Virus record (IMG/VR): IMGVR_UViG_3300032322_001517
Span: 1-64,000 of that record
Reading direction: 5' to 3' (one strand)
Length of the DNA stretch: 64,000 nt
Origin: a virus
The notes under the pieces are model-generated. The model saw only the letters and a program-made list of their open reading frames with translations. It made no database searches and had not been told where the DNA came from. This document shows, in pieces, positions 10,099 to 20,355 of the stretch. The translations under genes and the position numbers were made by a program. The first letter of the stretch is position 1. Every line of letters begins with the position of its first letter.

Positions 10099-11127
10099 AT
10101 GATGGATTGGTTACTACACAAGTACATTGGATTTGTATCACCGCGACTACAAAAGTTTAAGCGCAAGGGTCCAAGTCTTTATAACTTTCGTTGCCCGATT
10201 TGTGGCGATTCCGACTCTAATCGGAATAAGGCGAGAGGATATATTTACGAAAAGAAAGGTAACATGTTGTTCCACTGTCACAACTGTGGAGCTAGTGCAT
10301 CAGTGCCTAATTTTATTAAGATGCTTGATCAAAATCTGTATAATGAAATGCAGATGGAAAAGCTCATGGATATGAAAACTCCTGAGCAAATTGATTACGA
10401 GCAGTTTGTAGAAAAGATGAAGAAGCCTGTCTTTATGAAGTCAGGTCCATTGAAGGGATTGAAGAAGATCAGTCAGCTTTCTCCTGATCATAGAACTAAG
10501 AAGTTTGTCGACTCTAGGAAAATCCCTAATCCATATCATGCCAAGCTGTTTAATTGCCCTAACTTTAAACAGTTTACTAATAACCTTGTTCCTGGTAAGT
10601 TCGACGCATCTTCAATCGAACGTGATGAAACGAGACTGTTGATTCCATTCTTTACAAAGGAAAAAACATTACATGCTTATCAAGGTCGTGCTCTAGGTTC
10701 GTCAATGGTTAAGTATATCACTATCATCCTTGATGAATCTGTTCCTAAAGTGTATGGTTTGGATAGTGTAGATTTCAATAAGAAGTCTTATGTTTTCGAA
10801 GGACCGATTGACTCGATGTTCATTTCTAACTCTATCGCAACTGCAGGTGGTGACTTGGTTAGTGCGATTGGAACGCTGAACATCAAGCAAAATACATGCG
10901 TTGTTTACGACAACGAGCCTCGTTCGCGCGAGACAATTAAAAAACTTGACAAGGCTATTCTGAACGGGTATAATGTTTGTATATGGCCAGAGAACCTAGA
11001 ACATAAAGATGTTAACGATATGATCCTTGCTGGTCTTTCTCCTGACTTTATCAAGCATATTATCAATACGAATACACATCGTGACTTGGCGGCGAAGCTC
11101 GCTCTTACAAAATGGAGTAAAGTGTGA
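10099..11127 (+). CDS. 61: DNA primase (T4 gp61)
   Basis: NFRCPICGDS...FHCHNCG zinc ribbon; FEGPIDSMF and KDVNDM TOPRIM motifs. Confidence 0.96.
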   Translation: MMDWLLHKYIGFVSPRLQKFKRKGPSLYNFRCPICGDSDSNRNKARGYIYEKKGNMLFHCHNCGASASVPNFIKMLDQNLYNEMQMEKLMDMKTPEQIDYEQFVEKMKKPVFMKSGPLKGLKKISQLSPDHRTKKFVDSRKIPNPYHAKLFNCPNFKQFTNNLVPGKFDASSIERDETRLLIPFFTKEKTLHAYQGRALGSSMVKYITIILDESVPKVYGLDSVDFNKKSYVFEGPIDSMFISNSIATAGGDLVSAIGTLNIKQNTCVVYDNEPRSRETIKKLDKAILNGYNVCIWPENLEHKDVNDMILAGLSPDFIKHIINTNTHRDLAAKLALTKWSKV

Positions 11128-11375
11128 ACGGATATATTGCAATGAAGGATGAACTGTTCTACAATATTCGTCATCTGAAAAAGTTCATGGAACTTTCTGG
11201 TAACGAAAAGTCAGTATGGAAGTTTCGTTGGAATGATGGAAGTCCAATCGAAGTGTATGATAAGGATACTGGTAGAGTCCTATTTACTATCGAGAGTCAT
11301 GACCCACATCTTGCCTCGTATGTTTGTTTTATGCAGAACATGATCAATACACTTATCAAGGAAGCGGAGGGTTAA
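11124..11375 (+). CDS. Hypothetical protein
   Basis: Coupled ORF. Confidence 0.55.
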   Translation: MNGYIAMKDELFYNIRHLKKFMELSGNEKSVWKFRWNDGSPIEVYDKDTGRVLFTIESHDPHLASYVCFMQNMINTLIKEAEG

Positions 11376-11376
11376 T

Positions 11377-11625
11377 ATGTCTAACGACATCAGGTATGTT
11401 GTAGATTCAGAAACTGATAAATGGATTCACGGTTTAACTTACCAAGGAAATACTTTATTTTGTAAATGGGTTAAATATAAGCTGAGTGGTAATCCTCCTA
11501 CGCCTGAACAACTAGCAGAAACTGAGCGCAAGCGCATGGAAAATGCTGAAGCGTATCGTTTGGCTAATCCTAGGGAACCGTCTAAAGAATATCACGAAGC
11601 ATGTAAGAGGTGGCCACTGAAATGA
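11377..11625 (+). CDS. Hypothetical protein
   Basis: GGAGG RBS, tiled ORF. Confidence 0.55.
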   Translation: MSNDIRYVVDSETDKWIHGLTYQGNTLFCKWVKYKLSGNPPTPEQLAETERKRMENAEAYRLANPREPSKEYHEACKRWPLK

Positions 11626-11891
11626 TCAATGTAACTAAAGAAGAGATGGAAGACATTTGGCAGAATAAGCCATATGGCTATTGGGATAGTTTTAGGAAAC
11701 AGCACAAGGGGCGTAAGAGGTATAAGGTAAAGTTGCAGCCTTTTCGTAAAGATTATTACGAAGAAAAAGAATTTACCGTTATTGCTAAAAGCTCAGACGA
11801 AGCTTATAATATTGCTAAAAGTCAAATGTATGATATGTTCAAAGGTCAGCCGATTGATGGTTGGCGTCTAATGGGAGCTGTAGTTGTATGA
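11622..11891 (+). CDS. Hypothetical protein
   Basis: ATGA-coupled ORF. Confidence 0.55.
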   Translation: MINVTKEEMEDIWQNKPYGYWDSFRKQHKGRKRYKVKLQPFRKDYYEEKEFTVIAKSSDEAYNIAKSQMYDMFKGQPIDGWRLMGAVVV

Positions 11892-12637
11892 ATAATGCTA
11901 AGGTTATTGCTGTTACTGAGCCACTTTTGAATAATGATGATGGTCCACTTACTGTTGACGAGTTCATTGCCTACGTGGCTCGTGTTTCCAATCCTTCCAA
12001 TCAAAGTAACTCTTTGACTGCACCCAAGCTGCTTCGCTATCTCGCAAAGCACAAGCATTGGTCGCCGTTTGAGATGGTCAATATTGTGATGGAAATTGAA
12101 ACGACTCGTGATATTGCTCGTCAGATTCTCCGTCACAGATCGTTCTCATTTCAAGAGTTCAGTCAGCGATATGCTGATCCTACTCAGAGTTTGGGGTTTG
12201 TCACTCGTGAAGCTCGTCTTCAGGATCATAAGAACCGTCAGAACAGTATTGAGATTGACGATGTGATGATTGATGTTATTGTTGATTATGAATTTGTTGA
12301 AGGTAATCCTACCCTACAACCTATCTACGAAAAGCGTTCTTTGAAGTCTGAATGGGAAGCTCGTCAAACAAAACTTACAAATCATGTAGAAGAAGCTTAC
12401 CAGTTTGCAACTAAACATGATATTGCCAAGGAACAGGCTCGTGCTGTTCTGCCTGAAGGTCTGACTGTTTCACGCATGTATATGAACGGTACTCTTCGCA
12501 GCTGGATTCATTACTGCCAGTTGCGTATGGGTGTTGAGACACAGAAGGAACATCGTGAAGTTGCTGCTGATGCTTGGTATCAGATTACGGAAATTTTCCC
12601 TTCGCTGAAGGATTGTCTTGATATTGGAGAAAAGTGA
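11888..12637 (+). CDS. thyX: Flavin-dependent thymidylate synthase
   Basis: HWSPFE, RQILRHRSFSFQEFSQRY, EQARAVLP motifs. Confidence 0.96.
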   Translation: MNNAKVIAVTEPLLNNDDGPLTVDEFIAYVARVSNPSNQSNSLTAPKLLRYLAKHKHWSPFEMVNIVMEIETTRDIARQILRHRSFSFQEFSQRYADPTQSLGFVTREARLQDHKNRQNSIEIDDVMIDVIVDYEFVEGNPTLQPIYEKRSLKSEWEARQTKLTNHVEEAYQFATKHDIAKEQARAVLPEGLTVSRMYMNGTLRSWIHYCQLRMGVETQKEHREVAADAWYQITEIFPSLKDCLDIGEK

Positions 12638-12888
12638 TGCCTTTCTATACAAAGAAACCTATTCCGATTGAAGCACGTCAGATTACCATTGAGAATGCAG
12701 AAGAACTTGCTGCATGGTCGAAGTCTGACATCGTTCGTAGACCCGATGGCTCTATGACTGGTATGATGGTATATACTCTTGAAGGTACCATGACTGGTGC
12801 AGTTGGTGACTATCTCATCAAGGGTGTTCGTGGCGAGTTTTACTTCTGCGCCAAGGATATCTTTGAAGAATCTTACGAGGCTATATAA
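12634..12888 (+). CDS. Conserved phage protein (PGDYG-like)
   Basis: YTLEG.M...GDYLIKGVRGEFY.C..DIF..SY motif. Confidence 0.7.
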   Translation: MMPFYTKKPIPIEARQITIENAEELAAWSKSDIVRRPDGSMTGMMVYTLEGTMTGAVGDYLIKGVRGEFYFCAKDIFEESYEAI

Positions 12889-13211
12889 TGAAGAAGCTTG
12901 TGATGGTAGATTGCATTTCGCAACACCGTATTCGTTATGTTGTAGAAGTAGAAGATGACATTGATCATGCTCTTGATGAAGTGGTCGTTAAGGAAACGGA
13001 TGCTTACTTTGAAGAATTTTCACAGAAGCATTTAGGCGAGACTATTATATCTCACAGAGAAATTTCTAAAGAAGAATATCTAAAAATATTTAACGAAGAT
13101 AACGAATATCTTCAGTCGTGGGCTGAAGAGCAAAAGCTACGATTTATTAATAAGATTAATTACGAGGAAGAAGAAAATGTTAGCAACTCAAATTCAGGTA
13201 ACGAAGCGTGA
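12888..13211 (+). CDS. Hypothetical protein
   Basis: Coupled ORF. Confidence 0.6.
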   Translation: MKKLVMVDCISQHRIRYVVEVEDDIDHALDEVVVKETDAYFEEFSQKHLGETIISHREISKEEYLKIFNEDNEYLQSWAEEQKLRFINKINYEEEENVSNSNSGNEA

Positions 13212-15471
13212 TGGTACTAAGGAACCGCTCGATCTAAACAAATTTCATAAGGTGGTTTCTTGGGCTTGTGAAGGGCTCAGTAACGTTTCAGAATCTGAAG
13301 TTGAGATTCGTTCTCGAATTCAATTTTACAATGGCATTAAAACATCTGACATTCAAGAAACTCTAATTAAGGCTGCAGCAGATCTTATTTCTGTTGATAC
13401 TCCCAGTTATCAGTATGTCGCTGGTCGTCTTGTAAATTATCATCTTAGAAAGGAAGTTTATGGCGATTACAATATTCCTGATCTTGCTACTCATATTCGC
13501 AGTGTTATCGACTTGGGATATTATGACAAAGACATTGTTACTTGGTATTCCGCTGATGATCTCAGTGTACTTAATGACTATGTCGATCATAGTAGAGATT
13601 TCAAGATTGCTTATGTAGGTATGGAGCAATTTCGCGGAAAGTACTTGATTAAAAATAGGGTTTCAGGTAAAATATATGAAACGCCACAGATGGCATACAT
13701 GCTCATCGCCATGGTGTTGTTCCGTAACTATCCTAAAGAAACACGATTGCAGTGGGTGAAAGACTTTTATGATGCAACAAGTAATTTTGAAATATCGCTG
13801 CCGACTCCTATTATGGCAGGTCTCCGCTCGCCTCAAAAGCAATTCAGCTCGTGCGTACTTATCGAGACAGACGACTCGCTTGAATCAATCAATGCGACCG
13901 CTTCTTCTATCGTTAAGTACGTTTCTCAAAAGGCGGGTATTGGGATCGGTGCTGGTCGTATTCGTGCTCTTGGCTCTCCTATTCGCAATGGGGACACTAG
14001 TCATACTGGCGTGGTGCCTTTCTTCAAGCACTTCCAGTCAGCGGTTAAGTCTTGTTCTCAAGGAGGTGTCAGAGGCGGTGCAGCAACTCTGTATTATCCT
14101 ATCTGGCATCTGGAAGTAGAAGACCTTCTGGTTCTGAAGAATAACAAAGGTACTGAAGACAATCGTATTAGAGGATTGGACTATGGCGTACAGTTCAACA
14201 AGGTTATGTATGAACGTCTTCTTTCTGGTGGCGTTATTACTCTTTTCAGCCCTGGCGACGTACCAGATTTGTACGATAGTTTCTTCACTAACACAGAAAA
14301 GTTTCGCGAGCTCTACGAAAAGTATGAACGTTCTACCCGAATCAGAAAGAAACAAATTCCCGCTATTGATTTGTTTTCGGGGTTCATGCAAGAACGTAAG
14401 GACACAGGACGTATATATCTTATGAATGTTGATCATGCAAATGATCATGGCTCATTCATCAAGGAACTTGCTCCTATTCGCCAGTCAAACCTTTGCTGTG
14501 AAATCAATCTTCCTACAAAGCCATTGAATGATATTAACGATCCGAATGGAGAAATTTCACTATGTACACTAGCAGCTATCAACTGGGGCAAGATTCGTGA
14601 TCCTAACGATTTTGAGCGACCTTGTCGTCTGGCTGTTCGTGCTCTTGATGAACTTCTGGATTATCAAGACTATCCGGTCCGAGCAGCCAAGGGGTCAACG
14701 ATGGCTCGTCGCCCTCTTGGTGTTGGTATCATTAATCTTGCATATTGGTTGGCTCGTAATGATATTAGTTACCAACATATCGACCATGATGGACTGAACC
14801 GTCTTCATGGTTATACTGAAGGTTGGGCGTATTATCTGATCAAAGCGTCTGTTGAACTTGCTAAGGAAAAGGGTGCTTGCCCTAAGAGTGGAGAAACAAA
14901 GTATGCTCAGGGTATCTTCCCGATCGACACATATAAGAAAGAAGTGGACGAATTGGCGTCTCCAACATATCGATTTGACTGGGATGCTCTTCGAGAAGAT
15001 GCACGACAGTTCGGTATTAGGAACTCTACACTCATGGCTCTCATGCCATCAGAGACATCAGCTCAGATCTCAAATGCGACAAACGGAATTGAGCCTCCAC
15101 GCTCGTTGGTATCCGTTAAGCAGAGCAAAGATGGAGTTCTTAAGCAGGTGGTTCCCGAAGTTCGCAAGCTCAAGAACAAGTATGACTTGCTTTGGGATCA
15201 AAAATCGCCAGAGGGTTATATCAAGATCTGCGCTATTCTCCAAAAGTTTATCGACCAAGGTATCTCGGTCAACACGTCGTACAACCCCAAGTTCTATGAA
15301 GAGGAAAAGATACCCATGAGTGAGATGATTGGTCACCTTCTTATGTTTTATAAATATGGCGGCAAACAGCTGTACTACTTTAATACTAACGATGGTGCTG
15401 GTGAACTTGAAGAAGCTGCTTTTCCTGCATCAGAAGTTAGCGAAGAAGATTGTGATAGTTGTAAGATATGA
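13177..15471 (+). CDS. nrdA: Ribonucleotide reductase class Ia alpha subunit with ATP cone
   Basis: VTKRDG ATP cone; FSSCV, QSNLCCEI, C-terminal CDSCKI. Confidence 0.98.
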   Translation: MLATQIQVTKRDGTKEPLDLNKFHKVVSWACEGLSNVSESEVEIRSRIQFYNGIKTSDIQETLIKAAADLISVDTPSYQYVAGRLVNYHLRKEVYGDYNIPDLATHIRSVIDLGYYDKDIVTWYSADDLSVLNDYVDHSRDFKIAYVGMEQFRGKYLIKNRVSGKIYETPQMAYMLIAMVLFRNYPKETRLQWVKDFYDATSNFEISLPTPIMAGLRSPQKQFSSCVLIETDDSLESINATASSIVKYVSQKAGIGIGAGRIRALGSPIRNGDTSHTGVVPFFKHFQSAVKSCSQGGVRGGAATLYYPIWHLEVEDLLVLKNNKGTEDNRIRGLDYGVQFNKVMYERLLSGGVITLFSPGDVPDLYDSFFTNTEKFRELYEKYERSTRIRKKQIPAIDLFSGFMQERKDTGRIYLMNVDHANDHGSFIKELAPIRQSNLCCEINLPTKPLNDINDPNGEISLCTLAAINWGKIRDPNDFERPCRLAVRALDELLDYQDYPVRAAKGSTMARRPLGVGIINLAYWLARNDISYQHIDHDGLNRLHGYTEGWAYYLIKASVELAKEKGACPKSGETKYAQGIFPIDTYKKEVDELASPTYRFDWDALREDARQFGIRNSTLMALMPSETSAQISNATNGIEPPRSLVSVKQSKDGVLKQVVPEVRKLKNKYDLLWDQKSPEGYIKICAILQKFIDQGISVNTSYNPKFYEEEKIPMSEMIGHLLMFYKYGGKQLYYFNTNDGAGELEEAAFPASEVSEEDCDSCKI

Positions 15472-15683
15472 GTACAATAGTTCGTATTGATCCACCTATC
15501 CCATTGATGACACCGAAGGGGCGAGCAATCGCCCACTTCTTAATTGACACAGGTCTTGAGAACGATTTACAATGGGTATGTTTTCAAGATGATACAGGTG
15601 AGTGTTGGACTTGGGAAAATGCTCAGATTAGAGCAAGAGTTAATTTAACTGCTGGAAGAGAAAAGGTTAGTAATATCAAATGA
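15468..15683 (+). CDS. Hypothetical protein
   Basis: Coupled between nrdA and nrdB; TPKGRA..WVCFQDDTGECWTW. Confidence 0.65.
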   Translation: MSTIVRIDPPIPLMTPKGRAIAHFLIDTGLENDLQWVCFQDDTGECWTWENAQIRARVNLTAGREKVSNIK

Positions 15684-16792
15684 GCTATTCAGTTTTCGAT
15701 TCTAACAATAAAAAAGATCATACAACAGTAAAGGCGTTCTTTGATGATGCACCCACTATTGCAAGATATGATAGACAAAAGTATGGATGGCTCGACAAGC
15801 TCACCGACCGTCAGCTTGGGTTCTTTTGGCGACCTGAAGAGGTTGACATCTATAAAGATGCGAAAGATTTCAAGGCGCTTACGTCGCATGAGCAACACAT
15901 CTTCACGTCGAATTTAAAGAGACAGATTCTTCTGGACTCTGTTCAAGGACGTGCGCCAACTATCGCGTTTGGTCCTATTTGTTCATTGCCAGAACTTGAA
16001 ACTTGGATTACAACTTGGGCGTTTTCCGAAACTATTCACTCACGTTCATACACTCATATTATTCGTAACATCTATCCTAATCCTTCAAAGGTATTCGATG
16101 AGATTATGGATATTGCTGAGATCGTTGATTGTGCAAAAGACATTTCTAAGTATTACGATCATTTAATTGAAATGAATAATAAAAGAGATTATCAAGATTT
16201 TGATCCACCAGATTGGGGTCAATTTGAATACGAACATAAGAAAGCACTTTGGCTTGCACTTATGTCAGTTAACGTCCTTGAAGGAGTGAGATTCTATGTC
16301 TCGTTTGCATGTTCGTGGGCTTTCGCAGAAGTTAAGAAAATGGAAGGCAATGCAAAAATCATTAAGTTTATCGCTAGAGACGAAAACCTTCACCTTGCTG
16401 GGACACAGCAACTACTCAAAGCGTTACCTAAAGAAGATGAGGAGTTCGCCCGAATTGCGGAAGAAACAAAAGAAGAGTGTATTCAACTTTTCGTCGATGC
16501 TGTTAACCAAGAAAAAGCGTGGGCAAGTTATCTATTTCGAGACGGCTCGATGGTTGGTCTTAACGAAGCGGTCTTGAGCGAATACATTGAATGGATTGCT
16601 AACAAGCGTATGTCTGCTGTTGGACTACCCTCGCCTTATAAGAATGGCAGTAATCCATTGCCATGGACTCAGAAGTGGATTTCTGGTGCAGAGGTTCAGG
16701 TAGCTCCACAGGAAACAGAAATCACTTCCTATGTTGTTGGTGGTGTCAAGAAGGATGTAACAACTGATACGTTTAAAGGATTTTCTCTATGA
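15680..16792 (+). CDS. nrdB: Ribonucleotide reductase class Ia beta subunit
   Basis: FFWRPEEV, SETIHSRSY, EGVRFYVSF, RDENLH, VAPQETEITSY. Confidence 0.98.
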   Translation: MSYSVFDSNNKKDHTTVKAFFDDAPTIARYDRQKYGWLDKLTDRQLGFFWRPEEVDIYKDAKDFKALTSHEQHIFTSNLKRQILLDSVQGRAPTIAFGPICSLPELETWITTWAFSETIHSRSYTHIIRNIYPNPSKVFDEIMDIAEIVDCAKDISKYYDHLIEMNNKRDYQDFDPPDWGQFEYEHKKALWLALMSVNVLEGVRFYVSFACSWAFAEVKKMEGNAKIIKFIARDENLHLAGTQQLLKALPKEDEEFARIAEETKEECIQLFVDAVNQEKAWASYLFRDGSMVGLNEAVLSEYIEWIANKRMSAVGLPSPYKNGSNPLPWTQKWISGAEVQVAPQETEITSYVVGGVKKDVTTDTFKGFSL

Positions 16793-17490
16793 TAAGTTTT
16801 ATCGTACCATGTTACAATGAAGAACAATATATTAGAGACTGTATTAAATCTATTAAGAAAGCAGCCTCTAATATTGACTATGAAATTATAGTAGTAGATA
16901 ATAACTGTACAGATAACACATCTGAAATCGCAAGAGATGAAGATGTTATCGTTGTAACTGAGGATAGAAAGGGTGTCGTCTTTGCTAGGCAAACTGGTTA
17001 TGAGAATGCAAAGTATGATTTGATTGCTAATATCGATGCTGATTCTCGAATACCAGAAAATTGGGTTGATGTTGCATTAAAGAATATTCAACCTGAGGAT
17101 GTAGCAGCGGTTACTGGTCCTCTTGTTTATGATGATGCAAGTATTTGGCTGAGAATCGCGACAAGATTTTACTATTACGTAGCATATATCAGCAATTTTT
17201 TCATAGGTGTTTTCTTACAAGGTGGCAACTGTCTAATCAAAAAGAAATATCTTGATGAATTAGATGGATATGATACTACTATAGCCTTCTATGGTGAAGA
17301 TACCATGACAGCTAAGAGGTTATATAAATACGGTAAGATAAAGCTATTAATGAATTTAAATCTCTATTCGTCTTCAAGAAGACTGCAAAAACAAGGCGTA
17401 TTCAAAACAACTTGGTTGTATCTGATAAACTATTTCTATGTGACTTTCAAAAATAAATCTTATTCCAACGACTACAAGGATTTTAGATGA
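16789..17490 (+). CDS. Glycosyltransferase family 2
   Basis: SFIVPCYNEE, VVDNNCTD, IDADS, GEDT motifs. Confidence 0.92.
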   Translation: MISFIVPCYNEEQYIRDCIKSIKKAASNIDYEIIVVDNNCTDNTSEIARDEDVIVVTEDRKGVVFARQTGYENAKYDLIANIDADSRIPENWVDVALKNIQPEDVAAVTGPLVYDDASIWLRIATRFYYYVAYISNFFIGVFLQGGNCLIKKKYLDELDGYDTTIAFYGEDTMTAKRLYKYGKIKLLMNLNLYSSSRRLQKQGVFKTTWLYLINYFYVTFKNKSYSNDYKDFR

Positions 17491-18227
17491 AGTCATTTAA
17501 AACAGTATTCATTTCAGACGTTCACTTAGGCACAAAAATGTGTCAAGCAGAAAAGCTGCTTGAATTTTTTAAAACTTTCGAATGTGAAAAGATGTACCTG
17601 GTCGGAGATATAATCGATGGCTGGGCAATGAATAGAAGTAAGTATTGGCCACAATCTCATAATGACGTAATTCAGAAGTTATTAAGACGTGCTAGAAAAG
17701 GCACAGAGATAATTTACATCCCTGGCAATCACGATGAGTTTATGAGAGACTTCTGTGACTTTGAGTTCGGTCATATTATTCTAGCTAAAGAAAGTGTTCA
17801 TGTCGGAGTTGATGGGAAACTTTATCTTATTATTCATGGCGATCAGTTTGATGCTGTGATCAGTCATGCTAAATGGCTCTCCCATATTGGATCGTGGGCG
17901 TATGATGTTAGTATCATCATTAACATATATTTAAACAAGATTAGAAAATTGTTTGGTATGCCTTACTGGTCTCTGTCTTCATACCTCAAACAAACTGTTA
18001 AAGAGTCAGTTAACTTTATTGGCGATTATGAATCAACTCTATCAAACTATGTAAAATCTAAGAAACTTAATGGTGTTGTATGTGGCCACATTCATCACGC
18101 TAATATTAGTGATATGAATGGTATTCAGTATATGAACTGTGGTGATTGGGTTGAAAGTTGCACTGCTCTAGTAGAGCACCATAACGGATCATTTGAAATT
18201 ATAAAATGGGAGCATAAAAATGATTGA
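17487..18227 (+). CDS. UDP-2,3-diacylglucosamine hydrolase-like (LpxH/COG2908) metallophosphoesterase
   Basis: FISDVHLG, VGDIID, PGNHD, HGDQFD, CGHIH, NCGDW. Confidence 0.9.
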   Translation: MKSFKTVFISDVHLGTKMCQAEKLLEFFKTFECEKMYLVGDIIDGWAMNRSKYWPQSHNDVIQKLLRRARKGTEIIYIPGNHDEFMRDFCDFEFGHIILAKESVHVGVDGKLYLIIHGDQFDAVISHAKWLSHIGSWAYDVSIIINIYLNKIRKLFGMPYWSLSSYLKQTVKESVNFIGDYESTLSNYVKSKKLNGVVCGHIHHANISDMNGIQYMNCGDWVESCTALVEHHNGSFEIIKWEHKND

Positions 18228-18456
18228 ATCTGATGATTATAAAAAGGGTTGGTACGATGGTTATCAAGCAGCAAGGAAAGAGCGAGATAACCAATATATT
18301 CCAACAACACCATACATTGCACCGAAAGTAGTAACGTATGATGGTTGTACAGTTTGTGGTAGAACTGGTGTCAGTAATGTTGTTTGTTATCTTCAAAATT
18401 GCCCAAGTAGAGTTGTATCTTATAAACAAAGCGATTATATTCCTATAAACAAATAA
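18220..18456 (+). CDS. Hypothetical Cys-containing protein
   Basis: CTVCG...C...CP. Confidence 0.55.
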   Translation: MIESDDYKKGWYDGYQAARKERDNQYIPTTPYIAPKVVTYDGCTVCGRTGVSNVVCYLQNCPSRVVSYKQSDYIPINK

Positions 18457-18467
18457 AGGGAGTAACC

Positions 18468-18632
18468 ATGGATAAAGAATACACATGCGAAGAATGTGAC
18501 GCAGAATTCAATGTAGAATATGATTTTATCGCAACACCAGAATTTTGCCCATTCTGTGGCAATAAGTTATCGTACGACGATGGTTTAGTTGACGAAGATT
18601 GGGAAGATGATGAATCAGAACGTGGTTGTTAA
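18468..18632 (+). CDS. Small zinc-ribbon protein (54 aa, not in ORF track)
   Basis: GGAG RBS; MDKEYTCEECDAEF...FCPFCGNKL, acidic tail. Confidence 0.75.
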   Translation: MDKEYTCEECDAEFNVEYDFIATPEFCPFCGNKLSYDDGLVDEDWEDDESERGC

Positions 18633-18799
18633 AACCATTTACTATACAGATTGTGATAAAAATCCCATAGAAAATTTTGCACAGTATGTTCGTGAGAATT
18701 ATAATCCTGGAACATATCTAATCAAGGTTTGGGACAAAGGACAGTCAATAGGATTCTTTAAAGTCTCTTGACTAAATATGGGGAACAAAGGAGTTCTCC

Positions 18800-19192
18800 A
18801 TGACATGGCTTTATAATGATAATCTTTTTGAAGATATCGCCGATTATGTCGGTTTTGTTTACTTGATAACAAACTTACAGAACGGCAGAAAATACATTGG
18901 CAAGAAAAATTTTTACTTTTCAAAGACTAGAACAGTCAAAGGAAAAAAGAAAAGAACCAAAGTTGAAAGCGATTGGAAAGAATACTTTGGCTCGAATAAA
19001 GAACTTCTGGAAGACGTTGAGAAGTTAGGTAAAGAAAATTTCAAAAGAGAAATAGTTCGTCTTTGTAAATCTAAAGGCGAATTTGGTTACTGGGAAGCCA
19101 AACTCCAATTTGAGAACAATGTTCTTGAATCCAATGATTATTATAATACTTGGATTATGGTTAGAGTGCATAAGAAACATTTGAAATTATGA
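18800..19192 (+). CDS. GIY-YIG-like putative endonuclease (conserved in T4-like phages)
   Basis: GFVYLITN..NGRKYIGKK...WKEYFGS...FKREIV. Confidence 0.8.
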   Translation: MTWLYNDNLFEDIADYVGFVYLITNLQNGRKYIGKKNFYFSKTRTVKGKKKRTKVESDWKEYFGSNKELLEDVEKLGKENFKREIVRLCKSKGEFGYWEAKLQFENNVLESNDYYNTWIMVRVHKKHLKL

Positions 19193-20301
19193 TAACATAT
19201 CATCCAGATAAATTTGGATTTTATACTGTAGGAAGTTTAAAAACATACAGTAAATTCGAGGCTATCGAATTATCACAAAAAATAAACACTCCTATAGAAT
19301 GGAATTTTAATGATGAAGTTTTTTCTTCAATTGATTGGAAGAAAGAACCTGATATGCCATTGTGGGAGATGTACAAAGATAGAGCAAGACAAATCAGAGA
19401 AGCATATGACTACGTAGTTCTATGGTATTCTGGTGGTAGCGATAGTCATAACATGTTATGCGCTTGGTTAGAGGCTGGTTGTAAACTTGATGAAGTTGCA
19501 ACTACAGTTAACTACGAAGCAACTGGTGACAAAAACAATTATATGAACACTGAGATATATAATGTTGTTATGCCTCATGTTGAACTACTACAACAACGTC
19601 ATGAATTTAAATTTAGAGTTGTTGATATATCACAAATGACTTTAGATTTATTTGATGTTTGGAATACTAATTTCGAGTACAATATAAATTTTCATTTTAG
19701 TCCAAATTATCCTGCAAGATGTTTGCTTCGCGAAAAAATTGAAGATTATAAGAACATCATTAATTCAGGTAAGAAATTGTGTTTTGTTTGGGGTAAAGAA
19801 AAACCTTTTATTAAATACGATAACAAACAACATTTTTTCTTTATTGATAATGTGGACAACGCAGTTAGTCCACATGTACAGAGAAAATATTTTGATGGGT
19901 GGTACGATGAATTGTTTTACTGGACTCCAGATTATCCATTGTTACCTGTAAAAATGTCTCATGTGATAAAAAACTATCTAGATATTAGCGAAGATACAGA
20001 TAATTATTTCATCAACGAAAATAAAGCGATAAATTATTACTCAACAAAATTAGATATGTTTTTAAAACCAAATCATGTTAAGTTATTATTATATCCTAAA
20101 TGGTCTGATATTATTCATGATGCAGGTAAACCTTTATCTTTAACATATAGTCAGAGAGATTTTTGGTTTTTAAGTTCTAAAATGGATAAAAGAAATAGAT
20201 ATATAGATATAACGAATAATTATTTCGATAGATTCCAAACTCGAGATGTTTTTCGAAACGCAGTTATGATTTTTGAGAGTAAAAAATATTACCTTGAATA
20301 A
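19189..20301 (+). CDS. PP-loop (adenine nucleotide alpha-hydrolase-like) protein of unknown function
   Basis: VVLWYSGGSDSH PP-loop; AT-rich. Confidence 0.65.
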   Translation: MITYHPDKFGFYTVGSLKTYSKFEAIELSQKINTPIEWNFNDEVFSSIDWKKEPDMPLWEMYKDRARQIREAYDYVVLWYSGGSDSHNMLCAWLEAGCKLDEVATTVNYEATGDKNNYMNTEIYNVVMPHVELLQQRHEFKFRVVDISQMTLDLFDVWNTNFEYNINFHFSPNYPARCLLREKIEDYKNIINSGKKLCFVWGKEKPFIKYDNKQHFFFIDNVDNAVSPHVQRKYFDGWYDELFYWTPDYPLLPVKMSHVIKNYLDISEDTDNYFINENKAINYYSTKLDMFLKPNHVKLLLYPKWSDIIHDAGKPLSLTYSQRDFWFLSSKMDKRNRYIDITNNYFDRFQTRDVFRNAVMIFESKKYYLE

Positions 20302-20306
20302 TTCTA

Positions 20307-20335
20307 TTGACATTTTAGATGGGGTAAGGTAATAT
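20307..20335 (+). promoter_or_regulatory. Early sigma70-like promoter
   Basis: TTGACA-N17-TAATAT upstream of tRNA-Leu. Confidence 0.7.
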
Positions 20336-20355
20336 ATGTATATGATGAAGTTTAC

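Noticed and set aside
13177-16792. Introns or inteins in nrdA/nrdB (also checked thyX, uvsW, 46, 23)
   Set aside because: The ORFs are continuous and of normal length.
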